Of a stretch of DNA of 64,000 nucleotides, positions 28,072 to 37,282 are shown piece after piece; the stretch's first letter is position 1; each line of letters starts with the position of its first letter. Origin of the DNA: Deferribacterales bacterium (lineage in GTDB: Bacteria; Chrysiogenota; Deferribacteres; Deferribacterales; Geovibrionaceae); assembly GCA_050251875.1 (NCBI GenBank), contig JBFWMA010000002.1, forward strand, positions 160,001-224,000. The letters are read 5' to 3'. The notes below the pieces were generated by a model, which made no database searches, was not told the origin of the DNA, and saw only the letters and a list, made by a program, of their open reading frames with translations. Made by a program: the position numbers and the translations under genes.

Positions 28072-30132
28072 ATGGATATAAAGAAGATACGCAACATCGC
28101 ATTTATTTCGCATGGAGGGGCGGGTAAGACAAGTCTGGTTGAGACTATTCTGTTCAACGCCAAAGCCGTCAACAGGATAGGCAGTGTGGATAACGGAACC
28201 AGCGTCATGGATTTTGACCCTGTGGAGATCGAAAGACACCTCTCTCTTCATTCCAAAGTAAGCTCTATCGAGTGGCTCGAAACCCAGATAAACATCGTTG
28301 ATACCCCCGGATACGGTAACTTTCTTTACGAAACCAGAGCGGGACTGTCCGCTGTGGGCGGCGCTGTGGTTATCGCTTCTGCCATCACCGGTGTTAAGGC
28401 GGAGACACAGAGGGTCTGGAACTATGCCGCTGAGTTCGATCTTGCCAAGCTGATTTTTGTGAACAAGATGGATAAGGAGAGGGCGGATTTTTACCGTGCT
28501 CTCGGCGATATAGAAAAATCATTTAAAGTGGATCCCCTGCCTCTGTTTCTGCCCATCGGCAAAGAGGCTGATTTCAAAGGTATTATAGATCTGGTGAAAA
28601 TGAAGGCGTATATCTATCCCAGTGAGCCCACAGCGGCTTATTCCGTTGAGGATATCCCCGCCGATCTCATGCCGGAAGCGGAAAAATACAGGATAAAACT
28701 TCTGGAAGCGGTGAGCGAGACTGATGACGCTCTGATAGAAAAATATCTGGAAGAGGGCGAGCTGACAGAGGAGGAGATCACTCAGGGGCTCAGAGAGGGA
28801 ACTATCGCCAAAAGATTTATCCCTGTGATATGCGGCTCCGCTGTTAAAAATATCGGAAGCAAACTGCTTCTGGAGGCTATCATAAAATATCTGCCGTCAC
28901 CGCTGGAGCGTGAGCACAAGCTCGCCGTTCTGGAGGAGACAGGCGAAGAGATACATATCGATCCCAACGACAAGGAGTTCGCGGCATATGTCTTCAAGAC
29001 ATTCATAGACCCCTTCGCCGGAAAACTGACTATCTTCCGTGTTTATTCCGGAGAGATAACCAACGACAGCGAGGTATATAACTCCACCAGCCAGAAAAAA
29101 GAAAAAATATCCCAGCTCTATCTGCTTCAGGGAAAAAACCACATAAAAACAGACAAGCTGACAGCCGGGCAGATAGGCATGGTGAATAAGCTGAAATCCA
29201 CGGAAACATTCGACACTCTCTGCGATCCCAAGAGAAAAGTGATGTTTCCGAAATATAAACTCGCCGACCCTGTTCTGGCGTATTCCATCAAACCTAAGTC
29301 TAAAGATGACGAAGACAAGGTTTCTTCAGGCGTTCACAGGCTGATGGAGGAGGATGTTGGTCTGAGAGTGGCGAGAGACGAGCGCACAGGCGACCTGCTG
29401 GTGAAAGGTATGGGGCAGATGCACATAGAAGTGGTGGTGGAGAAGCTGAAAAACAAATTCGGCGTATCCGTTGAGCTGAAAGCTCCCAAAGTGCCCTATA
29501 TGGAGACCATCAGAAAACCCGCCAAAGGTCAGGGAAAATATAAGAAACAGTCCGGCGGACGAGGTCAGTACGGAGATGTTTTCATAGAGCTGGTGCCCAA
29601 CCCCGGCGGCGGATTCAAATTTGAAAACGCCATAGTGGGCGGCGCTGTGCCCAGACAATATATCCCCGCCGTAGAAAAAGGCATCATGGAGGCGTCCGAA
29701 GAGGGCGTTCTGGCGGGATGTCCGCTGATAGATTTTAAAGCGGTTCTTTATGACGGAAGCTACCACACGGTGGATTCCTCGGAGATGGCTTTCAATATTG
29801 CCGGCTCCATGGCATTTAAAAAGGTTGCATTGGATGCTAAACCTGTGTTACTTGAACCTATTATGAATATGGATGTTTTTGTCCCCGATGATATGACGGG
29901 CGCCGTGATAGGCGACCTGAACTCCAGACGGGGCAGGATCATGAACGTGGAGCCTGAGACCAACGGTCAGCACATCAGAAGTCAGGTCCCCATGTCTGAG
30001 GTCTTGAAATATGCGCCGGATTTGCGTAGTATGACAGGCGGACATGGTATGTTCACTATGGAGTTCTCACACTATGAAGAGCTTCCGTCCCATCTGTATG
30101 ATAAGGTTATCGAAGAACATAAAGGGGCATAG
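28072..30132 (+). CDS. Elongation factor G paralog (EF-G2-like)
   Basis: Full-length EF-G features (NKMD, GMGQMH, KQSGGRGQYG, DSSEMAF) but divergent SHGGAGKTS, ERHLSL, DTPGYGNF; outside the str operon. Confidence 0.9.
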   Translation: MDIKKIRNIAFISHGGAGKTSLVETILFNAKAVNRIGSVDNGTSVMDFDPVEIERHLSLHSKVSSIEWLETQINIVDTPGYGNFLYETRAGLSAVGGAVVIASAITGVKAETQRVWNYAAEFDLAKLIFVNKMDKERADFYRALGDIEKSFKVDPLPLFLPIGKEADFKGIIDLVKMKAYIYPSEPTAAYSVEDIPADLMPEAEKYRIKLLEAVSETDDALIEKYLEEGELTEEEITQGLREGTIAKRFIPVICGSAVKNIGSKLLLEAIIKYLPSPLEREHKLAVLEETGEEIHIDPNDKEFAAYVFKTFIDPFAGKLTIFRVYSGEITNDSEVYNSTSQKKEKISQLYLLQGKNHIKTDKLTAGQIGMVNKLKSTETFDTLCDPKRKVMFPKYKLADPVLAYSIKPKSKDDEDKVSSGVHRLMEEDVGLRVARDERTGDLLVKGMGQMHIEVVVEKLKNKFGVSVELKAPKVPYMETIRKPAKGQGKYKKQSGGRGQYGDVFIELVPNPGGGFKFENAIVGGAVPRQYIPAVEKGIMEASEEGVLAGCPLIDFKAVLYDGSYHTVDSSEMAFNIAGSMAFKKVALDAKPVLLEPIMNMDVFVPDDMTGAVIGDLNSRRGRIMNVEPETNGQHIRSQVPMSEVLKYAPDLRSMTGGHGMFTMEFSHYEELPSHLYDKVIEEHKGA

Positions 30133-30139
30133 TCTTTGA

Positions 30140-31060
30140 ATGAATGAAATAAACCTGCTGAGATATCATAACAGGAGCGCTCACGAGATACATATGCTCC
30201 TGAACGGCGAACTCACCGATGAGTTTTTCAGCCGTGTGGTCTCGATTCCCAGCAATAAGATTAAAAGGGCCAGACTGAGCCGTCTGGCCTTTTCCATGAC
30301 TCTGCTGCTTGCTTTTCTATGTTCACTCGCCCCATCCTATGTTATCTATACAAAACTCTTACCCCACAAGAGCTTATCTTCTGTTGACGGTGTTCAGAAA
30401 CATATAATAGAAGTGATGTCCGTTAAAATTAAGCCGAAAGAGCCGGAAAAACCCGACCCTCTGCTGAAAGAAGGTTACGCCAGAATAGGCGAGCTGGATG
30501 AGAAGGCGGACGGAAAAGGGTCTCAGGGACTTCTGGTTATATCCGACTATAAACCGGAGGAGAAGGCGGACACAGGCGAAAAGCCCGAAGAGATAATCAA
30601 GCCGATCACGGTGCCCGGAGAACCGGCGAAGAGAATTCCTGTCAGAGAACCGGAATTCATGCCTCTTTTTTCCGGCAATTTTAAGATACAGTTTTTTAAC
30701 CTGACCGAACAGGAACTGAGCTATGTGAAAACACTGGCTCAAAATAATGATCTGACTCTGACACAGATCGGATCGGACAAGATTGTGAAGACAAAATGGC
30801 TGGTGTATCTGCTTGATAACACGTCACCTGTCACTATATCCGGACGTAAAGTCAGATATGTAAAAAGCTATTCATCCAGTGACGCAGCCATGTCTTACCT
30901 GACCCGTAATAGTCTGAAAGGTTTAATAACAACAGACACTTCCGTTACCAACTTCTATGACATGCAGGTGTGCTGTCTGAGCGAGGAAGCGGCAGAGAAG
31001 CTCGCCAGAGGCAGCGGGGTCGGTATGGACAAAGTAAAAATTCTTAAAGACCAACAATAA
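30140..31060 (+). CDS. Hypothetical single-pass membrane protein
   Basis: 306-aa ORF, one hydrophobic segment, Pro/Lys/Glu-rich linker. Confidence 0.7.
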   Translation: MNEINLLRYHNRSAHEIHMLLNGELTDEFFSRVVSIPSNKIKRARLSRLAFSMTLLLAFLCSLAPSYVIYTKLLPHKSLSSVDGVQKHIIEVMSVKIKPKEPEKPDPLLKEGYARIGELDEKADGKGSQGLLVISDYKPEEKADTGEKPEEIIKPITVPGEPAKRIPVREPEFMPLFSGNFKIQFFNLTEQELSYVKTLAQNNDLTLTQIGSDKIVKTKWLVYLLDNTSPVTISGRKVRYVKSYSSSDAAMSYLTRNSLKGLITTDTSVTNFYDMQVCCLSEEAAEKLARGSGVGMDKVKILKDQQ

Positions 31061-31066
31061 AAAGCG

Positions 31067-31095
31067 TTGACGACAGCAATTTAAGCAGATAAACT
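31067..31095 (+). promoter_or_regulatory. Putative sigma70 promoter of ihfA
   Basis: TTGACG, 17 nt, TAAACT; GGAGG RBS follows. Confidence 0.6.
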
Positions 31096-31118
31096 CATAT
31101 GTAACGTGGAGGTATGCC

Positions 31119-31394
31119 ATGACTAAAGCTGATATAGTTGAGTTAATTCACGAGCGTCTCGGTCTTACTAAAAAAGATATCGCTAAAGTAGTTGACGAGC
31201 TGTTTACCGAGGTTCGTACAAAGATCCTTGAAAAAAACAATGTCAAAATATCCGGTTTCGGAAACTTCGAAGTTAAAAAGAGAGGACGCAGAATCGGACG
31301 CAACCCTAAAACAGGCGTTGAGACCGTTATCGAGCCCAGAACTGTTGTTGTTTTCAGACCCAGCCAGATATTCAAAGACGAGGTAAATGACTAA
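31119..31394 (+). CDS. ihfA: Integration host factor alpha subunit
   Basis: MTKADI, VKISGFGNF, GRNPKTG, VVVFRPSQ; followed by MerR gene as in common synteny. Confidence 0.88.
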   Translation: MTKADIVELIHERLGLTKKDIAKVVDELFTEVRTKILEKNNVKISGFGNFEVKKRGRRIGRNPKTGVETVIEPRTVVVFRPSQIFKDEVND

Positions 31395-31701
31395 GCTCTA
31401 TTACAAAATAGGCGAAGTCTGCGAGCTTACCGGTCTTAGACCATCTGTCTTACGTTTTTGGGAAAAGGAATTTAAACAGCTTCGGCCTTCAAAATCAGGC
31501 GGCGGTCAGAGGTTTTATACCGAAAAGCACCTTGAGCTTGTTCGTCTGCTCATGAAAATGCTGTATGAAGAAAAATACACCATTGACGGGGCGAAGAAGA
31601 AACTTAAGGACGGTATGGTGGATGACGAACCGTCAGAACCATGTAAGCATGACGAGCTGAAGGCTGAACTTACTGATATATTGAATATTTTGAACTCCTG
31701 A
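31387..31701 (+). CDS. MerR-family transcriptional regulator
   Basis: YYKIGEV, VLRFWEKEF, QRFY, YTIDGAK. Confidence 0.9.
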   Translation: MTKLYYKIGEVCELTGLRPSVLRFWEKEFKQLRPSKSGGGQRFYTEKHLELVRLLMKMLYEEKYTIDGAKKKLKDGMVDDEPSEPCKHDELKAELTDILNILNS

Positions 31702-31720
31702 CATTGCTCAGGAGTTTTTT
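31693..31720 (+). terminator. Intrinsic terminator
   Basis: AACTCCTGA-cattgc-TCAGGAGTT followed by T run. Confidence 0.7.
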
Positions 31721-31726
31721 GTTTAT

Positions 31727-32473
31727 ATGAAACCCGTCTATTACGAAATCAAACCCTCACCCCTTTTAGAGAAACACATCAAATGTTTCTGGGTTATGCG
31801 GGGCACTTTTTTATCCATTTCATCCTACCGGATTTTTCCTGACTGCTGCGCCGATATCATCTTTTCGCTTTTGGCTCCCGGAGATATTCATCTGGCTGAG
31901 CCGGATACCGGATATTACGATATCTCGCTGACAGGTGCCGTGCATGTGTGCGGTGTCAGATTTTTGCCCGGCGGCATGCAGGCGCTCAGCGGGACTGATG
32001 CTCCGGCTGATCTGCCGGACTCTAAATTTATAAAATTAATCAGGAACAGTGTGAGAGACAGGGTGTTTTTCACCGAGGAAGATTATTTCGGGCATATCAG
32101 CCGTCTGCTTTTGCCTCTGTGCGGTAAAAGCCCCGATCCGGTTATGTCGTATTGGCTGAACAGCAGAGACTGCTCCGTCAGCGATATAAAGCGGTATTTC
32201 GGCGTGTCGCAGAAAACAGTAACCAGAAAGATGTCATCCCTGTCCGGTCTTAATCCTTCGCTCCTGAACAGAGTGAGGAGGTTTCAGAGGGCGCTGAGTC
32301 TGATGAGGACGTCCGTCTGTCTTACTGATGTGGCTCACGAGGCGGGGTATTTCGACCAGCCGCATTTCATCAGGGATTTCAGAGAGTTTTCCGGCGTCCG
32401 CCCATCTGATTTCGCCGGGCTGATGAATTCTATGAATGTCCGTTTCATACAATTCCCTGCCGGAGTGATATGA
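31727..32473 (+). CDS. AraC-family transcriptional regulator
   Basis: C-terminal RVRRFQRAL...GYFDQPHFIRDFREFSG; N-terminal FPDCCADI. Confidence 0.88.
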   Translation: MKPVYYEIKPSPLLEKHIKCFWVMRGTFLSISSYRIFPDCCADIIFSLLAPGDIHLAEPDTGYYDISLTGAVHVCGVRFLPGGMQALSGTDAPADLPDSKFIKLIRNSVRDRVFFTEEDYFGHISRLLLPLCGKSPDPVMSYWLNSRDCSVSDIKRYFGVSQKTVTRKMSSLSGLNPSLLNRVRRFQRALSLMRTSVCLTDVAHEAGYFDQPHFIRDFREFSGVRPSDFAGLMNSMNVRFIQFPAGVI

Positions 32474-32494
32474 TATCTTTCATATCAGGAGGAT

Positions 32495-32950
32495 ATGATG
32501 ATTAAATATGACAGCGCGGTACTTTTTTGTAAAGATGTCAGGGCTTCGCATGATTTTTACGGCGGCGTTCTGGGGCTGGAGACCAAGATGGATAACGGCG
32601 GTCATGTCGCCTATGTCTGCGGGCTTTCCATCTGGGATATAAATATGGCTCACGGGCTTGTTTTCGGCGGGGAAAGACCGGGCGGAAGCGGTTCTTTTGA
32701 GCTGTGTTTTGTTTCAGATGATATAATGGCGGATTATGACAGGCTGAAAGGCTCAGCGGCGGTGATGACGGAGCCAATGGAACAGCCCTGGGGTCAGTTT
32801 GTGTTCAGACTGTCCGATCCGGATGGATACACTGTGGAGTTCGGCGAACGGCTTTCATCTACATTGAGGAGGCTCAGAGATGCCGGGCTAAGCGATGATG
32901 AGATAGAGAAGAAATGCCACGCGCCTGTGGCTGTACTTGAAAAGTTATAA
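32495..32950 (+). CDS. VOC/glyoxalase family protein
   Basis: DVRASHDFYGGVLG, ELCF, QPWGQ, DPDGYTVE. Confidence 0.88.
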   Translation: MMIKYDSAVLFCKDVRASHDFYGGVLGLETKMDNGGHVAYVCGLSIWDINMAHGLVFGGERPGGSGSFELCFVSDDIMADYDRLKGSAAVMTEPMEQPWGQFVFRLSDPDGYTVEFGERLSSTLRRLRDAGLSDDEIEKKCHAPVAVLEKL

Positions 32951-32981
32951 AAAAGAGGCTCCGGTTAAGGAGCCTCTTTTT
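32949..32981. terminator. Bidirectional intrinsic terminator
   Basis: AAAAAGAGGCTCC-ggttaa-GGAGCCTCTTTTT. Confidence 0.88.
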
Positions 32982-33000
32982 ATATATGTTATAGAAATTA

Positions 33001-33693
33001 TTACTGATCCAGAAGGGAGAAAGCCGCCTCGGCAGCCTCATCGAATTTAACATCGGAAACGTCCTGACCGTCTATGCTGATAGCCTGTCCGGCTGTCATA
33101 TCGAAAGATTTTACGAATTCTGTGTATTCTTTCTGAAGTTCGGCGAGATATTGGTCGTATTCACCTGTCATTTTTTTCAGATATGCTTCGTATTCGTCCA
33201 TAACTACTTCTTTATGCTTTTTGAAGTCGCCTTCTTTAGACTCAACGGAGATCACGCCCTCTTTAAGATATACGTTGCATTTGCCGTCATCTGTCATATC
33301 CACAAGAAATTGTGTGCCTTTTACCCCGATAACCGCAGTTTTCAGTCCGATAGATACGCCGGATTCGCCGCCTCTCTTTTTGATGCTGAAGACAACCTTG
33401 CCACTTTCCGGGTTAATTTTGTTATTTTTACCGAAAGAAGCGATGGAATTTTCGTCCAGAGCGATTTTGTCTCCGCTGTTCAGCTCGATAACCGCTGTGG
33501 ATGTCCTTTTTGTGGATATTTTGCTCATAAGTGCGAAAGAGGTGTTGTCCGTCTTAATATCGGTTCCTCTGGGGGATGAGCCATCGAATATCTGCACTTT
33601 TCCGGTGAATTTTTTAACTGAGCCTATGGTTTCCGCGGAATAAGCGGCGGATATGAATGTGAAGCAGATCAGCAGTAATAATAATTTTTTCAT
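33001..33693 (-). CDS. Secreted FecR-domain protein
   Basis: Signal peptide; IALDENS, TAVIGVKGTQFLV, LKEGVI FecR-like motifs. Confidence 0.78.
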   Translation of the reverse strand: MKKLLLLLICFTFISAAYSAETIGSVKKFTGKVQIFDGSSPRGTDIKTDNTSFALMSKISTKRTSTAVIELNSGDKIALDENSIASFGKNNKINPESGKVVFSIKKRGGESGVSIGLKTAVIGVKGTQFLVDMTDDGKCNVYLKEGVISVESKEGDFKKHKEVVMDEYEAYLKKMTGEYDQYLAELQKEYTEFVKSFDMTAGQAISIDGQDVSDVKFDEAAEAAFSLLDQ

Positions 33694-33857
33694 AAGAACT
33701 CCTTTTAATGCACGCTACAACATTTAAGATTTTGAGTTAAGTGAAAAGTACCTGTTCATATTAAAGATTATATAGTAATTTTCATAAAATAATATGGAAA
33801 CATTACCATCGGTATGTTAAATTCAATTAAATGATTGTATGCATGGAGGTACTGAAA

Positions 33858-34424
33858 ATGAAGAAACTTATCCTGGCAATATCTGTCCTGGCTCTGATGC
33901 TGGCAGGTTGCGCTAAGCAAGAAGCGAAACAGCAGCTCGCTGACCCTTGTTTTGTCGGCGCTCCCTCATGGGTTCTGAATCCTCAGGTTGAAGGCGCTCT
34001 GGCAGCCGTTGGCTCAGCTCAGAAATCTAAAGCAGGTATGCAGTTCACAAGAGACGCCGCTATGGCTAACGCCAGAAGCGAGATCACCAGAATGATCGAA
34101 GTAAAAGTTAATACTATGATGAAAGATTTCACACAGACAACAGGCGTAGGCGATGCTGAAACTGTTGATAAAGTGACTTCTTCCGTTTCCAAACAAATAG
34201 CTAGCCAGACTCTGCAAGGCACACAGCAGAAAGACATCTGGATGTCTCCTTGCAGCGAACTGTATGTTCTTGTAGTTCTTAACCCCACAAAGGTTGCCGA
34301 GCTCACAAAACAGCAGGTTTCCACAAGCCTGAAAAACGATCAGGCTCTGTGGCAGCAGTTCCAGGCTAAAAAAGCTCAGGACGAACTTGACGCTGCTATA
34401 GACAAAGAATTCAAACAACAGTAA
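33858..34424 (+). CDS. LPP20-family lipoprotein 1
   Basis: LAGC lipobox; APSWV, AAVGSA, ARSEI, ELYVLV; GGAGG before ATG 33858. Confidence 0.82.
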   Translation: MKKLILAISVLALMLAGCAKQEAKQQLADPCFVGAPSWVLNPQVEGALAAVGSAQKSKAGMQFTRDAAMANARSEITRMIEVKVNTMMKDFTQTTGVGDAETVDKVTSSVSKQIASQTLQGTQQKDIWMSPCSELYVLVVLNPTKVAELTKQQVSTSLKNDQALWQQFQAKKAQDELDAAIDKEFKQQ

Positions 34425-34442
34425 CAATTAACCGAAATCCCT

Positions 34443-34473
34443 AAAAAGGGCAGTCAAAAGCTGCCCTTTTTTT
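34443..34473 (+). terminator. Intrinsic terminator
   Basis: AAAAAGGGCAG-tcaaaag-CTGCCCTTTTTTT. Confidence 0.85.
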
Positions 34474-34486
34474 ATAGGTAAACATC

Positions 34487-34906
34487 ATGAGAACAACAGC
34501 ATTCATTATATTGACCATATTATTTTCAGTATTCTTTTTCGGCTGCGCCACCACAGGCGATCCCTCATCTGTAAAACTGATAAACGGAAAACCAAGCTGG
34601 TTCTATACCCCCTCTCTTAACGGAAAGACAGGCGGGGTAGGCGTCAGCGGAATACATGTGGACGGCAAGACAGGTCAGAAATCCCTCGCCGCTCAGCGTG
34701 CTCTGGAAGAAATAGCCAAGCAGATGGGCGTTAAGGTATCCTCTTTCTCCACCATCAGATCGGAGTCGGATAACAACGGATCCAGTGTTTCCGGTCAGTC
34801 CAGCTCTTTTTTTACTGTTGACGGAACAGAGGTAAAAGCCAAAATTGTAGAGATGTGGGAAGACCCGTATACCCACGAACTATATGTCTGGATGGTTGCT
34901 CAATGA
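34487..34906 (+). CDS. LPP20-like lipoprotein 2
   Basis: FFGC lipobox; PSWFYTP, GGVG, ALEEIAKQ, ELYVWM. Confidence 0.75.
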   Translation: MRTTAFIILTILFSVFFFGCATTGDPSSVKLINGKPSWFYTPSLNGKTGGVGVSGIHVDGKTGQKSLAAQRALEEIAKQMGVKVSSFSTIRSESDNNGSSVSGQSSSFFTVDGTEVKAKIVEMWEDPYTHELYVWMVAQ

Positions 34907-36090
34907 AAAAATTTTTAGTATTGCTGACTGTTTTTCTTGTATTTTCCGCCTTTGCGGATGAGTTCGAGGATTATAAGAATCAGGATACAAACAGCTTCAA
35001 AAGCTCAAAGGACGAATGGACCTCTTATAAAGAAGAGACCGAGCGCGGTTTTGAGATGTACAAAGACGTTATGGAGAAGGAATTCGCTCAGTATAAGAAC
35101 GAAATAGCGAAGGTCTGGGATGATGTTGTCGTCTCTGACAACTATACATGGGTTGAATATCTCAATAACTACAAGATCAGAAAAATAGTTAATTATGATA
35201 AAGGCGAGATGAAGATAGACGTTGTGGGCTTTCAGAACATGCCCGACTTCACCCCGGTGGTGAAGGATGTTCTGAATGAGGATTCCGCCACAGCTTTTTA
35301 CCGTGACCCTGTGTCTTCCAACACAGAAAAGAAGATCAAGGAACTGGTGCCTAATGTCGTGACAGACAAGGTGAAGTCTGAACCTGTGGTGCAGAAGCTG
35401 TATTCCGACAAACCAATGACGGATACACAGGTCAACTCTCTGGCGAAAAAGCTGACAGACGGCGCCGGATACACCACTTCAAAGAACGAAAAAACAGGGC
35501 AGACGGTTTATACCATGACCGTGAAACTGCCTGAAGACATCTATAAAAAAGGCGCAGAGAGCGTTAAACCTCATGTGCAGACATATGCCAAGACTTTTCA
35601 GCTAGATCCGGCTCTGGTGATGGCTGTGATATTTACCGAGAGCAGATTTAACCCCATGGCGAAATCATATGTCCCCGCATACGGGTTGATGCAGATCGTT
35701 CCGAAGTCTGCCGGTCTGGACGCCACAAAATATCTGGAAGGCTCCGAGAGGATTCTTGCCCCGTCATATCTTTATAACCCTGAAAACAATGTGAAGGTAG
35801 GCACAGCTTATTTTTACCTGCTGTACTACAAATATTTTAAAGGCGTTAATAATGATCTGAGCAGGCTCTACTGCTCTATTGCCGCATATAACACAGGCGC
35901 CGGCGGCGTGGCATATGCCTTTAACAAGGACGCCAACAGATCGAAATACAGCGTTACGGCGGCTCTGGGAACGATCAATTCCATGAGCTCCGATCAGGTG
36001 TATAACTATCTGAAAACCAACCTGCGCTATGAAGAAGCCAGAAACTATCTGGTGAGAGTATACGGCAAGATAAGCGACTACAGGGAGTAA
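34903..36090 (+). CDS. Lytic murein transglycosylase, MltC-like (SLT domain)
   Basis: TESRFNPMAKS, AYGLMQIVP, AAYNTGAG, EARNYL; signal peptide; ATGA overlap. Confidence 0.88.
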   Translation: MKKFLVLLTVFLVFSAFADEFEDYKNQDTNSFKSSKDEWTSYKEETERGFEMYKDVMEKEFAQYKNEIAKVWDDVVVSDNYTWVEYLNNYKIRKIVNYDKGEMKIDVVGFQNMPDFTPVVKDVLNEDSATAFYRDPVSSNTEKKIKELVPNVVTDKVKSEPVVQKLYSDKPMTDTQVNSLAKKLTDGAGYTTSKNEKTGQTVYTMTVKLPEDIYKKGAESVKPHVQTYAKTFQLDPALVMAVIFTESRFNPMAKSYVPAYGLMQIVPKSAGLDATKYLEGSERILAPSYLYNPENNVKVGTAYFYLLYYKYFKGVNNDLSRLYCSIAAYNTGAGGVAYAFNKDANRSKYSVTAALGTINSMSSDQVYNYLKTNLRYEEARNYLVRVYGKISDYRE

Positions 36091-36093
36091 ACA

Positions 36094-36765
36094 ATGAGAA
36101 TTATAATAGCTGTAAGTATTTTATCCATTCTGATGTTCGGCTGTATGCCGGAGAAAAAAGCCGTTGTGAAGCCGCAGACAAACAGCGCCAAAACACAGCA
36201 GATGCTGGCGGATCAGGCTGAGGCGGAGATGGATGAGGATATTAAGAACGGTTATCCGTCCATAAAAGAACCTTCATACACTAAACCCGCAGCCCAGCAG
36301 AAACCTCAGGCTGTGCAGAAGCCCCAGGCAGTTCAGAAGCAGGAAGAACCCAAAGAGGCTCTGCCCGAAAGAAAAGTGACAACGCTCGGCTCGCTGAAAC
36401 CCGTCACGAAATATCCCATGCAGGGCGATTATCCCGTATGGTTTTACTCCCCCGTGTATGACGGATATATAGGAGCTGTGGGCATAGCGCCTAAACAGCG
36501 CTCCGGCGGTCTGTCCGCTCAGAAGAGGGTGGCAAAAATGCAGGCTCAGAAAGAACTGGCAAAACAGATCGAGGTTCTGGTGAAGTCTGAGGTGTCTGTA
36601 GAGACTCTTAATGTGGATAAGCCCACCGTGAAGTATTATCAGGAAAAAATCAGCTCTATGACCAGAGAATCCGCAGATCAGTTTCTCACCGGATTCAAGG
36701 TGCAGGATGAGTGGATAGATGAAAAGACAGGTGAGTACTATATGTGGATGGTACTTCAGAAATAA
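36094..36765 (+). CDS. LPP20-like lipoprotein 3 with Gln/Pro/Lys-rich linker
   Basis: MFGC lipobox; PVWFYSP, GAVG, KELAKQI, EYYMWM; QKPQAV repeats. Confidence 0.75.
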   Translation: MRIIIAVSILSILMFGCMPEKKAVVKPQTNSAKTQQMLADQAEAEMDEDIKNGYPSIKEPSYTKPAAQQKPQAVQKPQAVQKQEEPKEALPERKVTTLGSLKPVTKYPMQGDYPVWFYSPVYDGYIGAVGIAPKQRSGGLSAQKRVAKMQAQKELAKQIEVLVKSEVSVETLNVDKPTVKYYQEKISSMTRESADQFLTGFKVQDEWIDEKTGEYYMWMVLQK

Positions 36766-36933
36766 CGGATAAACATTATTATATTTGATAATTTGTTAAT
36801 AATGTTTAGTTTTCTGAGAGACAAAATATAGATTATATTAGGGGTAAGTTGTGTTTCAGCTTGCTTTTTTGTTAAATATAATCTTAAATAGGTATAGATT
36901 ATAACTAATTTTGTACTCAGAACAGGTTGGGAA

Positions 36934-37251
36934 ATGAAAATTACAGTTGATGACAAAGGTTCCGCCAAAGTTATCAGACCTTACGGCAAGATAGACATAC
37001 TGACATCCTCAGAGCTAAGATCAACGCTTAGCGAGCTTACAAAAAAGAAAGTAATGAAGGTCATAGTCGATCTGGCACAGGTAACATATCTCGACTCGTC
37101 CGGGCTTGCCACTCTGCTGGAGGCTCTGAAAAACCTGAAGGAATACGAAGGTAAACTTCAGCTGGCGAATGTGCCTGACAGGATTCTGAAGGTGATGTCG
37201 CTGATGAAGCTGGATCTCATCTTTGAAATTATCGAAGACAACACGATATAA
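36934..37251 (+). CDS. STAS-domain anti-sigma factor antagonist
   Basis: GKID, VDLAQVTYLDSSGL. Confidence 0.9.
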   Translation: MKITVDDKGSAKVIRPYGKIDILTSSELRSTLSELTKKKVMKVIVDLAQVTYLDSSGLATLLEALKNLKEYEGKLQLANVPDRILKVMSLMKLDLIFEIIEDNTI

Positions 37252-37282
37252 AAAAAGCCCGCTTATGCGGGCTTTATTTTTT
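37250..37282. terminator. Bidirectional intrinsic terminator
   Basis: AAAGCCCGC-ttat-GCGGGCTTT with flanking A/T runs. Confidence 0.85.

Noticed and set aside
33795..33822. dif-like site (GTATGTTAAAT resembles the XerD arm)
   Set aside because: The XerC arm match is poor and the motif lies in an AT-rich promoter region.
36290..36342. Short QKPQAV repeat in lipoprotein 3 as a contingency locus
   Set aside because: Codons differ between units; it looks like an ordinary low-complexity linker.
36766..36933. Very AT-rich gap as sRNA or foreign DNA
   Set aside because: No stable hairpin or terminator seen; consistent with the promoter region of the STAS gene.
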